From positions 6,386,001 to 6,450,000 of the forward strand of contig OX597839.1 in the NCBI GenBank assembly GCA_951406725.2: a DNA stretch of 64,000 nucleotides. Direction: 5' to 3'. The stretch is from Octopus vulgaris. Lineage: Eukaryota. The notes under the pieces were generated by a model. That model ran no database searches. It was not told where the DNA came from and worked only from the letters and a program-made list of their open reading frames with translations. Made by a program: the position numbers and the translations under genes. This document shows positions 15,853 to 31,001 of this stretch, in pieces; position 1 is the stretch's first letter; each line of letters begins with the position of its first letter.

Positions 15853-16155
15853 TGAGTGTGTGTGCGCGCGCGTGTAAGTAAATGAACAGGTGCGCGTGTA
15901 TAAATTGTGTATGTGCATGTGTGAGTGAGTGTGTGCAAATATGCAGACAAGTGTATAAATTATATATGTACATGCGTATAAATTATACAAGTGTGTATAA
16001 TTATGTGTGCGTATAATGCATATATATATATATATATATATACATATATACATACATATATATATAATAGCTCTTTTGGTTGTGTATTAAATTGATATTT
16101 GTCTTTCACTGGATGGAGAATTTTTATTCTACCTCTTCTGGATCTGTAAACTGTG

Positions 16156-16195
<40 letters not shown>

Positions 16196-17223
16196 ATTAT
16201 GTGTGTGTGTATTACTATGTAGACGGCAGCCTCAAATTTGCTCCTTTTTAACCTATCAACGGGACGAGAGAGGGAGAGAGAGAGAGTCCTATGTACAAAC
16301 CCATTCTATTATTATACAAGTCGAATGCCACTAGGTTCAGCAAAAACGAAAGTAATGTTTACACATGGATATACAACAAACCAAGCACACACACACACAC
16401 ACTTTCTTGCATAAGAATCATTCCACGACGACCAACACACAGATACATTACATACACAGAGGAAAGAGAACGATGGAGAGTTTAGCGAGGGTGAAGGTAT
16501 AGTGATGGTCAGGTTAGACCAAACCGTACAATGGACTCAACATAATCACATGACTTTTAAAATGTCCTTTCTTGCGTAGCATTTTATATCAATCTTGAGA
16601 ACGTTGAAAAGGTTCTAAGCCTGAATTGTTAAGAAACTGTGTGTTTGTATGTATAATATATTCTATATTTGTACGTGTATACATTGAAGTTATGTTGTGT
16701 ATATGCTTCTTTAGACATCCAAGAAATATTGGCTTGTCAATAACACGAGAACTTCTCTTTGTAATCCCTCTACGCAATCTTTCACTACGTATTGCAGGAG
16801 TTTTCATAAAGGTAATAATATAAATGCGCTTTTGTGTACACGAGTGTGTATACGTATGCGTATCACCGTATATGCATGCCTGTGCGCGTTTATATAAAGA
16901 TACCGAAATCTACCCAAAGCGTACGCGTCTGTATAGAAAAATTTTCTAACCCTAAATAAATTGCTCTCTTTCTCTCTGATTATATATATATATATATATA
17001 TATATCTTTCTGTGCGAGCATTAGTAAGCGATTGTGTATATTTTATTAGAATCTCGAGTTTCTAATAATATATATATGTATAAATGAAATGGCAGAATTT
17101 TAAATATTAATACCACCGGTATCACGCACACATATTATTAACTATGTTGAATTCTGTGTTTCGTCTCCGCGGTTTAGAGACAGAAATATTCCAGTCGCAA
17201 GACTGAAGTTAAACACAATAATA

Positions 17224-17271
<48 letters not shown>

Positions 17272-18604
17272 TCGTGATTAATTCAGACATACTACATACA
17301 TAAATGCGTTTAGAAATGTGAGCTCACGCACAGAAATACGAAATCGTCCTTTCTGTAGATTAGCCATCCGAATATTGTAAGACGGCAATGCAGATAGATA
17401 AGAGGCAAATGATTGCCAACTTAAAGCTATAAGGGAAATATAAACACACATGCATGATGATCCAAGCCATTCCAACCGTGACCACCATTCTCCTTTTTTT
17501 TTTTAAAGACATGTATCAAGGACTGGTAACAGTTGCCAATGTATTTTGAAAATGGTAAAGTCTGATATGTGGGGAATTTAGCTATTAATATTAGTAAACC
17601 GAGATTTTTCAGGCACAGTCCATCTGAGACTACATGACCCTAGATGTCATTCCCCCTTTTTCTAAGACAGTCGGTTTTGTGATATGAGATAGATTTAGCT
17701 GCTATTTTTAGCAGATTTAGCGAAAACTTAGTGACTTGCGCTATTTCTTGTCCTAAGTCAGCTCCGGTCGAGCAAACCTGTAATCAAAATAGTTCAATCC
17801 ATGACCAACCTTACATTAAATTTTTTTTTTTCACATACGATATAGCGAAAACTACATAACTTTATATATCGTTTAACGATAATATTTTTCAAATTTGACT
17901 ACTGTGGTGGCCTTTGGTGGCCAGCATTAAAAAAAATTATTAAGAGGCCACAAAACAGAAGGCCACACATAGCTTCATTTCTTAGACTAATTACTTTGGA
18001 AATTGCCTGAAATACGGTAATTAATAGTAGAGACATGCAGATTCTTAGATTTATACGTTGGTAAAAAGATTCTTAGCCAAGATGGAATTGACTTGAAACC
18101 TCTGGCTTATTAGGGGCCAGAGGCCTGGAATGTGGGAGTACAAAATGCAATCACGAAGTATCGTTTTTTTTTTTTTATATAGAATAAATATGACAAAATA
18201 TTTAGGATTTTCTTCTGTTTTGTTCCTGGTTATTTAATGTACAGTAAGACCAAGCGATTGCAATCACTTGTAATCATATTGACGCATAACAGAATTGATG
18301 AATCTGCTGCTGATGATAAAATTGATGGGGCGAAGGAGGTAAAAGACATTAACAATTAATTCCTTGGGGCAGCTGAGGACATACTGGGTAATGCTTTGGA
18401 GGTTATGCAATCATCTAAGGTATTCCTTTCGGGATCTGGGGTCGCAAAAGGGATTAAAAAATCCCTTCCGTTTGTAGGAATGAGTTAATGCTGTTTGACT
18501 CCATATAAATTCTGATCGTATAATCTATGATTAAAAGACTCTCCAGTTATGTTCACCCCATATTATTATTATTATTATTATCATTATTATTATTATTATT
18601 ATTA

Positions 18605-18875
18605 AGGTGCGCGCATGGTTTAGTGGTTAGAGTGTTGTACTCACAATCGTGAGATAATAGTTTCAATCCCTGGACCGGTTGGGGTGTTGTATTCTTGAGA
18701 GCAAAACCCTTCAATTCATGTTGCCCTACAGTCACTTTGACACCTGGCGTGTGGTAGGTACATCGAACACCTGTACAGGTAATGTCGATTTGATGAAGAG
18801 AGTGAGTTAATGTACCGCAAAAACATTTGATCACTATAAACGAATCATTTTGTACAGGTTGTTTTTCTCGGAACC
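18605..18875 (+). mobile_element. Older tRNA-derived SINE family D
   Basis: CATGGTTTAGTGGTTAGAG A box, degenerate B box. A related head-only fragment at 55693-55762 sits back-to-back with the 55343-55638 SINE. Confidence 0.6.
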
Positions 18876-19108
18876 ACAACAGACTACCATTATAATTATC
18901 AAGTCGGCGAGCTGGCAGAATCGTTAGCGAGACAGACAAAATGTTTAGCTAAATTTCTTCAGGCTCTTTACGATGCGAGTTCAAATTCAATAGAGGTTGA
19001 CTTTACCTTTCATAATGACGGGGTCGATAAAAATCAACTAAACCCTCTCACCTTAAAAATTGCTGGTCTTATGCCAAAACTAGAAACCATTAAAAAAAAA
19101 AAATTTAA

Positions 19109-19417
19109 GGCGGCGAGCTGGCAGAAACGTTAGCACACCGTTACGTTCTGAGTTCAAATTCCGCCGAGGTCGACTTTGCCTTTCATCCTTTCGGGGTCGA
19201 TAAATTAAGTACCAGTTACGCACTGGGGTCGATATAATCGACTTAATCCGTTTGTCTGTCCTTGTTTGTCCCCTCTGTGTTAAGCCCCTTGTGGGTAGTA
19301 AAGAAATAGATATTTCGTCTGTCTTTATGTTCTGAGTTCAAATTCCGCCGAGGCCGACTTTGCCTTTCATCCTTTCGTTCCCTCTATGTTTAGCCCCTTG
19401 AAGGCAATAAAGAAATA
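19109..19417 (+). mobile_element. SINE family B dimer with deletions; TSD AGAAACCATTA
   Basis: Junction AAGAAATA|GATATTTCGTC at 19308/19309; TSD at 19082-19092 and 19418-19428; flanked by older relatives (18903-19090, 19441-19622). Confidence 0.88.
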
Positions 19418-20040
19418 AGAAACCATTATTTTAAAAAAATGAAGCGCTCTGGCAGAATCGTTAGAGCGTCGGAAAAGAAATTGCTTTGAATATTTTTGTT
19501 CCGGCTTTATAAATTCTGAGTTCAAATCCCGCTAGATAAAATCTAATTTTCATCGTGTCGGTGGTATCGATCGACTCCCCACCCCCTCAAAACTACTGCC
19601 CCTGTGCTAAAATTAGAAACATTATTTTTAATCAAGCAAAAATGTCCCTTATCCAAAATTAGAAACACTTATTTCTTTCAAACATTGAATCTAAATCTGA
19701 TTCCATTATCCAAAGTCCTGTTTTTTCTCGTTTTTTTTTTTTTATGTTAAGATAAGGATTACGAATGACATTTAGCTTCTATTTCTAGTAGGTAAGAGCT
19801 TCCGTGAATTATAAGAGGTTAATATTGTTTATGACTCACAGTCACAGAATCCCTCAGTTGTTTAGAAATCGGAAGGCACCTTGTGGCAGTATTTCTGTAT
19901 GAAGAATGGTGAAGAGATTGTTTGGGATTGTAAACTATCTTCATTTGCGAAACGAATTCCAAAAGTCAAAATTAACAATTAAAACGTTCGTTTAATACCA
20001 GTAACACCGGCAATAACTACGATCTCAAAACAATAATACA

Positions 20041-20088
<48 letters not shown>

Positions 20089-20105
20089 TGTGTGTGTGTG
20101 TGCGT

Positions 20106-20445
20106 GGCGCAGGCGTGACAGTGCAGTAGAAGCTTGGTTCCCGAACCACATGGTTTCGGTCAAAGCTTTGTGAGTAGATCTGACAGAGGGAAACTGAAAG
20201 AAGCTCGTCGTATATATATATATATATATATATCTGTGTATGTGTGTGTGTCTGTCCACCATCTCATCAACACTTGACAACCGGTGTTGGCGCGTTTACG
20301 TCCCCGTAACTTAGCGGTTCTGCAAGGGAAGCCGATTAAATAAGTACTGGGCTTAAGAAATTAGACCTCAGGTCGTTTTGTCCGAATAAAGCACTTCAAG
20401 GCGGTGCTCCAGCACGGCCGCAGTCAGACCACTGAAACAAGTATT
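20106..20445 (+). mobile_element. SINE family A, diverged with deletion
   Basis: Head, gaaactgaaagaagc block and 3' tail alignable. Confidence 0.75.
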
Positions 20446-20492
20446 AGATTATTTTTGGAACAGTGAATCTCCAAGCACATAGTGCTATAAAT

Positions 20493-20622
20493 CAGTGGTT
20501 CTCAAATAGGGCCCATGTGACCCCTGGGGTCCACATTAGATTTTGGTTATACTTCTACAATACACAAAATATCTAAAAAAATTTAATACAATTCCTCGGT
20601 AAAAACAGGTTCAGAATCTATG
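20493..20622. mobile_element. hAT (Charlie-like) MITE
   Basis: Left TIR CAGTGGTTCTCAA, degenerate right TIR GGTTCAGAATCTATG; 8-bp TSD CTATAAAT/CTAGAAAT. Confidence 0.65.
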
Positions 20623-20937
20623 CTAGAAATAACAGCATGTAATATACTGAGTTGAAAATCCCTTCTCGGATAAGAGAAGTTGAAGGCGGATCGAAAGTAT
20701 ATAAACTGTCATGGCGTCAACACACACTCTTTCTCTCTCTCTCTTTCTCATATATGTGTGCGCGCGCGCACACATACGTCCTGTCACAAAGAAAGAGTAC
20801 TCGATACCACAGAAGAGCTTAATATTATTCCTATCTTGGTTACCACTGTGGTAACTTCTCTTAAGACTGCACCTACAGGTGAAACTCAGAGTAACAATAA
20901 AAGATAAATATTTACTACTACTACTACTATTATTATT

Positions 20938-21152
20938 ATTCTATGTTTGACTTTTGCTTTACATTTGTACAAGTTGGCTCCAAGTCTCATCCAGAGACCT
21001 CAAGAGACAACAAGTTGGAAGTTCATGTTGATGCTATGCCTAGTGTGCCATATATTTGGTTTTGTACTTAGTGTTGTACTAGTGAATATCTAAAAAAAAA
21101 AACATACGAAAATCATGTTTGTTTTAAAACTTGAGATTACATAGAAAGTATT
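20938..21152 (-). mobile_element. Probable 3' end of an R4/Dong-like LINE in (TAA)n
   Basis: Minus: ATACTTTCTATGTAA (ILSM*), 3' UTR with GTCTC/GAGAC stem-loop, (AAT)n tail; TAA repeats on both sides. Confidence 0.45.
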
Positions 21153-21799
21153 ATTATTTTTATTATTATTGTTATTATTCGGCCGAAGTTACAAAATGGT
21201 CGAAGGACTGAGAATCCAGAGCATGGCAATATTTATCCTATTCGATCTACGAATCTCATATATACGTACATATATCGGTTATACACACGTACACAAACAT
21301 ACACAAAAGAGGGTTGTTATACGGGAAGCCCAGAGTAAAACGCTTCGGCTACTATACCCAAGTAGCGACTCCCGCAGTAACGGTATTATTTCACTCTTTC
21401 TTACGGTATTGAGTGCTTCTCTCCGAAACTTTTTTTTTTGTTACTTCGTAGTAATTCGCACACGTAAGAATTGCCATTCAGTGAGACTTAATAGACATAA
21501 AGCCGTTTATTATAATCAGTTATCAACTAGTTTTTTTTGGGGGGAAATTACTGGGTCGCGAACTCTGCGTAACATCGTTAGCCGGTTATTGTTATCAAAT
21601 GAAAGTGATCCCCAAATAAATGGATTCCATTGCTTTTGCGCGCATGTGCGGTGTGTGTACGTATGTATGCGTGTGTACGAATGCGTATTGTGTCTGTATA
21701 CATACGTGTGTGTGTGTGTGTGTGTGTGAGCGCGATAAATGAAGCCCAGAAGACCCTTACATGCAGAAAGTTAAAAACAAAATATACATATTCTAGAGA

Positions 21800-21841
<42 letters not shown>

Positions 21842-21857
21842 ATACACACACATTTCC

Positions 21858-21894
<37 letters not shown>

Positions 21895-21916
21895 CTGGGA
21901 AATGCTTCGAAGAATT

Positions 21917-21969
<53 letters not shown>

Positions 21970-22019
21970 ACATAAATGTGCATGACAATGTATAATGCGA
22001 ACATATATACACATTTATG

Positions 22020-22360
22020 TATGTGTTTTGCGTGTGTATATGTGTATATTTCGCAGGAGCGCATGTGTGTATTTTGCGTGTGTGCGAATGCATGAATTTT
22101 GCGTGTGTGCAAATGGGTGTATATGATTGTGCGTATATTTTGCAAATGTGTGTATTTTGCTTCGTGTGTGTGTGTGTATTTTGCGTGTGTGCATGTGTAT
22201 TTTGCTTCGTGTGTGTGTTTTTGCGCGTGTGTATTTTACGTGTGTGCATGTGTATTTTGCTTTGTGTGTGTGTGTGTGTGTTTTGCGCGTGTGTATTTTG
22301 CGTGTGTACATGTGTATTTTGCTTTGTGTGTGTGTGTGTGTATATATTTTGCGTATGTGT
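22020..22360. repeat. Imperfect minisatellite GTGTATTTTGC(G/T)TGTG
   Basis: Many degenerate units. Confidence 0.8.
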
Positions 22361-22845
22361 GCATTAATTTGCGTCTCCTTTTCAGAAAAACAGGGCTGAG
22401 TATTTTTCAAGTGATAAAATCGTACTAAAATGAGACGTGTGTGTGTGTCTGTGTATTTATTTGTGTGTGTGTGTTTGCTGAAGTAGGAAAATTAGGCAAA
22501 AAGATAGCAATCTATGAAACGAACGAACGAACGAACGATAACGCATGCATACACATGCACACACGCAAACGTACACATGTATAAACACACGCTCAAATAC
22601 ACGCTCACACACACACACACATCTGCACACACACACACAAATTGCCCTAGCGCCCTCAAAGTTGTCTTTTGTACAAAATTTCTTCTAAGAATCTAGGCTC
22701 GGCGTATTATTATTATGCTGTTGGTTTCATCTTGATTTTTAAATAATTACTGCAAAACAAACTAATTGGACGACTAAATAGCCATCATCATCATCATCAT
22801 CAACAACACTATATTATTAAAATATCAATATTATGCCATCGTGCG

Positions 22846-22901
<56 letters not shown>

Positions 22902-22979
22902 AGATATGTGTACGATTATATTGTTCGCAACACACATTTTTATATCATTACTTTGTTCTATTACATCCTTATGGATACT

Positions 22980-23018
<39 letters not shown>

Positions 23019-23277
23019 TATATACACACACGCACATATATATAAGCACCCCCACACACACACACATATATATACGCACACACACACACACACACAAATG
23101 TACGCGCAAATATATACACATATGCATAGATGCGCGCGCACACACACATTTATACGAATACATATATACGCACACACGTGTATGTATATATATATATATA
23201 TATATGTATAAATATATATATATATATACGCAGACATACATACAAACAGAGACGTATACACACCCACATATATATTC

Positions 23278-24130
23278 TTTTCTACTCTAGGCACAAGGCC
23301 CGAAATTTTGTGGGAGGGGAGGGGACCAGTCGATTAGATCGACTCCAGTACTCAACGCGTACATAATTTATCAACCCTAAAAGGATGAAAGGCACAGTCG
23401 ACCTCGGCGGAATTTGAACTCAGAACGTAAAGACACCGACATATATATATATATATATATTATATGAAATAGCAAGTCACGGAGAATTTTTTTCACCATT
23501 TTGATTATTTCTGAAGGAGAAAAAAATAGGAAACTAGAAATCCTAACTACTGAAAGGCTACTTTTGTTTTCAAAGTAAAACAAAAAAAAACAAAGCCCAC
23601 CACGACCACCACACAGGAAAGCGTGTGTGTGCGTGCGTGTGCGTGTGTTCATGTTAACGCAGGCATGTTTTGAGTGTGTATGCGAACTCTCAAACAACCG
23701 ATGTAAAAATATTTTGAAAAAAAAAATGATTTGGCTGAATCGTTAGAATGTCAGGACAAAAATGCCTTGCGGCTTTTTATTCGTTTCCGGCTGCTCTCTA
23801 CGTTACGGGTTCGAATCCCATCCAAGTCAACTTTGCCTTCTTTCATCCTTCTTTCGTGATTGATCAGATGGAGTAACAACAACGAAATGTACTGGAGTCG
23901 ATTAACATTGCGAAAAAGCCCTCCCCACAAAACTACAGGCCTTGTACCTAAAGCAGACACCACTCTTATTAAGCATTATTATTATTATTATAGTACAAAT
24001 TCCGCCGAGGTCGACTTTGCTTTTCATCCTTTCGGGGTCGATTAAATAAGTACCAGTTACGCACTGGAGTGGATGTAATCGTCTTAATCCTGTCCCTCAA
24101 ATTTGAGGCTTTGCGCTTCCAGGAGAAAGG
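23278..24130. mobile_element. Cluster of SINE family B-related copies (23278-23435 minus; 23730-23960 and 23996-24130 plus)
   Basis: Central domain and ggggtcgat motifs in both orientations. Confidence 0.7.
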
Positions 24131-24335
24131 AATATTATTATTATTATTGTAGTAGTAGTAGTAGTAGTCGTCAAACGGCTTGTCTTTTACGACGAAAATT
24201 TTCCAGTTATCTCTCCTCTTGTCTTCACTTTCTCAGAAGGCAATATCCGCCAACGCGCACACGCACACACACACAGCCGCACAGAGGAAGTTGTGCACAC
24301 ACGCATCTCGACTGAGACAGAAACACAGATAAATG

Positions 24336-24382
<47 letters not shown>

Positions 24383-24419
24383 ACATATATATATATATAT
24401 ATATAGACGTCTAAGCACG

Positions 24420-24884
24420 CACCGATACACACACACACGTATGCAGACCATAGAAAACAAAGGTGAAACCAGACACAAACACATACATACACACACAAAA
24501 GCTAAATACACACACACACACACACAGACACACATACACGTATGCAGACAACAGAAAAACAAAGGTGAAAACAGACACACACACACACAAGCTAAATACA
24601 CACACACACACAAGCAGACACATGCTTGCATGAAGATATACAGATACACACGCACACACAACAGAAAAACAAAGGCGAAAGCACACACACACACACACAC
24701 AGGTGAAAACACATACACACACGCAGACACATACTTCCATGAAGATATACACATATATACACACACGCACACACATATGCAGACACAACAGAAAAACAAA
24801 GATGAAAACACACACACACACACACAAAAGCTAAATACACACACACACACACAGGTGAAAACACACACACACACAGGTGAAAAC

Positions 24885-24923
<39 letters not shown>

Positions 24924-24990
24924 GATATGCTTGCATGAAGATATACAGATACACACACACACGTATGCAGACACAACAGAAAAACAAAGA

Positions 24991-25021
<31 letters not shown>

Positions 25022-25081
25022 GCTTGCATGAAGATATACAACAGATATGCATACAGACCCAAGATAGACATACATACAGAG

Positions 25082-25120
<39 letters not shown>
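24420..25120. repeat. Composite (CA)n-embedded block repeats (ACAACAGAAAAACAAAG, GCATGAAGATATACAG, CAAGCTAAATAC)
   Basis: Each block recurs 3-4 times. Confidence 0.8.
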
Positions 25121-25126
<6 letters not shown>

Positions 25127-25705
25127 GAGAGAGAGAGGGAGAGAGAGAATACCTATTTAAAATTCCATAATAATGGAGAGAAGTAAACAGCTAGGAACTG
25201 AAAATTCCTGACACAGTAGGTTCGGGGGGGGGGGGGAGATGATGGCGGGGATGGTGGTGGTGGTGGTGGTGGAGACAGATGGATGTTTCTCTGAGTATGA
25301 ACATCTCTAGCTGTATATACGTGAAGATGGTGGCGATGGGGACAAGAGATGAGAGAGAGAGGGAGAGAGAGAGACTGAGCGAGAGAGAGAGAGAGGAAAG
25401 AGAGAGAGAAAGAGGTAGAGATCTAAGAAAACCACCTCAAAGGAAAAAGAAATGAAACGCCGAGAGAAGCAACGAGGAAGGAAAGGAAAGGAAGGGGGGG
25501 GGGGAGACAATGGTGGACGGTGGTGGAAGGGGTGGGCAGGCGGGGAGGATAGTAGTAGTAGTAAGAGGAGGAAGACGAAGAGGAGGAGGAGGAGGACGAG
25601 AACGACGAAAAGAATGAGAGGGGCTCTGTGTATGTGTGTGTATGTGTGTATGTGTATGTGTGTGTGTGTGTGTGTGTATGTGTGTATGTGTGTGTATGTG
25701 TGTAT

Positions 25706-25762
<57 letters not shown>

Positions 25763-26308
25763 TGTATGTGTATGTATGTATGTGTGTATGTATGTGTGTG
25801 TATGTGCATGTGTTAGTGTGTGTGTTCGAAAGAGAACTGGAAAAGTAACGTAAATGCATCGTCTTCAGGAGCACAACATGCACACACACACACACACAAA
25901 TACATATTTGGATATATATTGCACAGTTCCTCTACAGCCACACACACACACACACACACACATATATAAAGACATATACATACATACATACATGCACAAA
26001 GATTCGCGCACACAGACAAGAATCTCGTGTAATCACCACCGTAAAACGTCATTCGCCAAGTTATTGTTATCATAATTACTGGGTCATCCCCCCCGAAAGA
26101 AACATTTTATTTGCTTAATGTTATCATCAGTCGGTTATTGTAAACTAATTACGAAGTAAGGATTCCTTCACAAAGCGATCACAATAAGCGACTTACGCTT
26201 CAATCACCAGTAAATTCTGCTGATTAAAAAAAATAAAATACATATATGTATGTATGTATGTATTTGTGGAGTAGCACTTGTGTTAGTTCTTCGACACACA
26301 CACACACA

Positions 26309-26369
<61 letters not shown>

Positions 26370-26469
26370 AACTTGGATAGAAACGTAATCACTAAAACAG
26401 AACAACAAAACGGGGAAACCTTAAGTTTGAAATAAAACCCTACTTGAAATGTGTAATAAGTATGTATAC

Positions 26470-26507
<38 letters not shown>

Positions 26508-26609
26508 GCATGAATATAGAAGGCTTAATGACAAACAGCTCTAAGTAATCCTATCACCTGCGAAGTCTCGTTTGTCACAGTTAGAGAAATTCACATACAC
26601 ACAGGGGGT

Positions 26610-26652
<43 letters not shown>

Positions 26653-26673
26653 TGTGTGTGTGTGTGTAAGAGG

Positions 26674-26725
<52 letters not shown>

Positions 26726-26761
26726 CAGATTCCACAAAAAGTTTTTAACGATTACATCATT

Positions 26762-27017
<256 letters not shown>

Positions 27018-27340
27018 ATAAATTTAAAATGAGGGTGAGAAATTGGATATTAATTTAATTAAATTAACATCAATTTAACACCAGTGATCTAGCTTGTAAA
27101 ATCTGAAGATTCAGTAAATTGTATTGTATACAAGTGAGAGGGATGACCACTATGTGGACAACCCTTATGCTAGAAATAGATCTGCTATGGTCTTACCACG
27201 AACAAATGTTCCCAAGAAAAATTTAGCAAACACCAGAACGTAAGCGAGCAAGACAAATGAAAAGCTACAAAATATAGCGGATCTACTTCTAGCATAAAGG
27301 TTGTCCACATAGTGGTCATCCCTTTTATTTGTATACAGTG
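27018..27340. mobile_element. Microsatellite-anchored repeat with 64-bp inverted repeat (27125-27188 / 27274-27337)
   Basis: 6 mismatches in 64 bp, 85-bp spacer. Its left end (aatgagggtga.aaatt.gatattaattt) recurs inverted at about 55760-55806. Confidence 0.5.
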
Positions 27341-27753
27341 TATATAGATAGATAGGTAGATAGATGTCCGTACATATACACATACATGGATATGTAACTA
27401 TTGTACGTATGTATACATGTCTGTAGGGAGACACGCATGTATAATACATATATTCGATTATAGGGAAAGAAACGAAAATTGAAACAAAAAAAGGGCTTCA
27501 TTCTGTAATAGGGGCCACTTATAAACCGGAGGAGCAAGAATCAGTAATATGCGTGTGTGTGTGGTGTGTATATTGTGTGTGTGTGTATGTATACATACAT
27601 ATACAACACGAAAACTCGGCAAATTCTTCTGTAGAACCATTCTCGACTTAGTTAGATTAATGAATGTGTGTTTACATATACATACATACATATATACATA
27701 TATATACACACACGTTTAGAAATATAATGCAAACGAGTGTGTGTAGGAGTGTG

Positions 27754-27799
<46 letters not shown>

Positions 27800-27987
27800 A
27801 GTGTGAAATGAATGATGAGTTTACTACGCCATCGGTAGCGCTTATAAGCTTATGAGCTTAAATACGCCTTCGGTCCTTCAAGACAAGTTCACCTCCTGAG
27901 AATCTTAACGAAGTTCACACACGCATACAACTCCCTAAACTTACAGAGGACTTAGACAGATAAAGTTATATATATATATATAATATA

Positions 27988-28276
27988 ATGGCCCAGTGGT
28001 TAGGGCAGCGGACTCGCGGTCGTAGGATTGCGGTTTCGATTCCCAGACTGGGCGTTGTGAGTGTTTATTGAGCGAAAACACCTAAAGCTCCACGAGGCTC
28101 CGGCAGGGGTTGGTGACGATCCCTGCTGTATTCTTTCGTCACAACCTTCTCTCACTCTTTCTTCTGTTGGCCTGCTCGCTTAGGCAGCGGGGTGGCGTCA
28201 TTTGAAGGCTTAAAACAATGCGAAGCGCATTGTGACCAGCGATGTGTAGCAACATTTGATAGCCTAATCGATCACG

Positions 28277-28280
<4 letters not shown>
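27988..28280 (+). mobile_element. tRNA(Arg)-like SINE family C
   Basis: TGGCCCAGTGGTTAGGGCAGCGGACTCGCGGTC...GGTTTCGATTCCC head; inserted in (TA)n; matches 63838-64000. Confidence 0.85.
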
Positions 28281-28310
<30 letters not shown>

Positions 28311-28649
28311 CACACGCACACACATATATACGCATACATACATGCACACATACATAGACGCATGCACGAAACTAGTACATACACAAATATACTTTAAAAC
28401 CACCGTCGCCTCAACCACCGTCAAACGCAACCCCTGGCACCAACACCGTCACCATTACAACAACGACCCTCACCCCTACCACCAATACACCTATTAAATG
28501 TAAACATAACATAAGATTGATAGTTAATGAATGTACTTATGCTCATTTAACTTTAAACACACTTAAGATTTGACATCAAGTTGTTATGTGAGTGGTGTAT
28601 ATATACGTGTATATATACAAACACAAACTACTTAGTAGCAGTAGTGTGC

Positions 28650-28698
<49 letters not shown>

Positions 28699-28755
28699 GT
28701 TTATTAGCTTCCTGAATGTAGCTATTCTAAAGTGCCCACTGATTCTATATACACT

Positions 28756-28824
<69 letters not shown>

Positions 28825-28864
28825 TTATACATATATATATATATATACACACACTTATACATAC

Positions 28865-28892
<28 letters not shown>

Positions 28893-28895
<3 letters not shown>

Positions 28896-29002
28896 AGTGT
28901 ATATTGAGAGAGAGAGAGAAGTAAAGAAAGGGGGAGAATGAGAGAAATGTACATGTTAGTGCATGTATGTATATATTCATGTGTATATAGACAGGTGTAT
29001 AT

Positions 29003-29033
<31 letters not shown>

Positions 29034-29170
29034 AAAAGTGTATATTGGGAGAGAGAGAGAGAAATAAAAGAAAGGGAGAATGAGAGAATTGTACATGTGA
29101 GTGCATGTATGTATATATTCATGTGTATATAGACTATAAATATAGAGACAGGTGTATATATATATATATA
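28893..29170. repeat. About 140-bp tandem duplication
   Basis: aagtgtatattg...agagaa.tgtacatgt.agtgcatgtatgtatatattcatgtgtatatagac occurs twice. Confidence 0.8.
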
Positions 29171-29399
29171 TACACACACACATATATGTAGGCATATATA
29201 TATATATATATACACAGACATGTGCGAGTATGTATGCATTTATACGGATGTGTGCGCACACATGTATCTGCACACTCGCAAGGCATATTACGCTATCTCG
29301 TCGAGGGTCATGTGTGTGTATATTAAAATCTTTGAAACACTATATATATACGTGTGTGAGTGTGTGTGTGTGAGTGAGTGGGTATGTATACACACACGC

Positions 29400-29464
<65 letters not shown>

Positions 29465-29691
29465 TCGCAGTAAAGAAGATGCTGCAAAATTAAATAGTAG
29501 TCGTTGAACTGCCGACACTTGTCGGTGGTTTGTAAACAAGTGAAATGGACAAAGAACCATGTCAAGTTGAGAAACCAAAACAAACAAATATAAAAGAGAG
29601 ATTTGAACGAATGTGGCCGTGTGCAAAGTGGAAAACCAAAAACCTTGAAACACACACACACAAATAAATATATATATATATATATACACAC

Positions 29692-30113
29692 TCTCTTTTA
29701 ATCTTTTACTTGTTTCAGTCATTTGACTGCGGCCATGCTGGAGCACCGCCTTTTAGTCGAGCAAATCGATCCCAGGACTTAATTCTTTGTAAGCCTAGTA
29801 CTTATTCTATCTGCCTCCTTTGCCGAACCGCTAAGTTACGGGGACGTAAACACACCAACATCGGTTGTCAAGCGATGTTGGGGGGGGGGGGGCGGGACAA
29901 ACATATACACATACATACATATGTATATATATATATATATGCATATATTTGACGGGCTTCTTTCAGCTTCCGTCTACCAAATCTACTCACAAAGCTTTGG
30001 TCGGCCCGAGGCTATAGTAGAAGACACTTGCCCCCCAAGGTGCCACGCAGTGGGACTGAACCCAGAACCATGTGGTTGGTAAGCAAACTACTTACCACAC
30101 AGCCACTCCTGCC
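29692..30113 (-). mobile_element. SINE family A, full length
   Basis: Reverse complement of 303-720. An older copy follows at about 30322-30615. Confidence 0.9.
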
Positions 30114-30782
30114 CTTATATATATATGGTTCAAATGTTCAAAGAAACAGAAAGCAGAGGCAGGTGGGGTAATAACAAATAAGGTATATTAATTTGCCGTT
30201 GAGGAAAAATTACATACACACAATGCTATTTAGAAGACCTACTGCTTGTGTGCTCAGGGCAAAATATTGGAGAAATTGTTATGGTATGTGTACACACACA
30301 CACCACACACACCATATAGATTTTAATCTTTTACTTGTTTCAGTCATTGGACAGCGGCCGTATTGAGTGCCACTGTTTAATCGAACGAATCGCCCCAAGT
30401 ATTTATTTACTTCTCGGTCTAACGTTTATTCTTCCACTCTGTTTTGGACTGTGTAATTACGGGAACCTAATGAAACCAACACTGCTTATCAAACAGTGGT
30501 GGGTGGACAAACACGTCATACACACACGTACCACGTATATAAACCTGGTTTCCATACAGTTTTTCGTTGGTTGGCCCAGGGCTAGAGTAAAAGAAATTTG
30601 CCCCAGGCACCGTGTGTGAGTGGGAAACGTTGATAAAGCGAAGAACTCAAAATATTTTAGAAGGCATACTATATTTTTGCTTTGAATAAGCTCTAAAAAT
30701 GTATCACCGTTTCCAATCTCATGATTCAAGATCGCCCAGGCCGTGATAGTTAAATACTAATAACGATAGTAAGAATAATGAT

Positions 30783-31001
30783 GGTTTCAAGTTTTGGCAC
30801 AAGGCCAGAAATTTGGGGGGGGGGGGGTAAGTCGATGACATCGGGGCCCAGTGTTCAGCAGGTACTTATTTCATCGACTGCGAAAGGATAAAAAACGAAA
30901 TCAACCTTGGTGGAATTTGAACTCAGAAAGTAAAGATGGACGAGATACGACTGAGCATTTTTTTGTTCGACGTGCTAACGATTCTGCCAGCTCGCCGCCT
31001 T
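30783..31001 (-). mobile_element. SINE family B-related, older subfamily
   Basis: ggcacaaggcc tail, ggaatttgaactcagaa B box, ctgccagctcgccgcc head. Similar old copies at 12690-12905 and 15440-15760. Confidence 0.75.

Noticed and set aside
21169-21729. 186-aa plus ORF
   Set aside because: Starts and ends in microsatellite, non-ATG start, no recognisable homology.
27988-28060. tRNA gene candidates (also 303, 55560-55638, 63838)
   Set aside because: No acceptor stem or terminator; they continue into SINE bodies.
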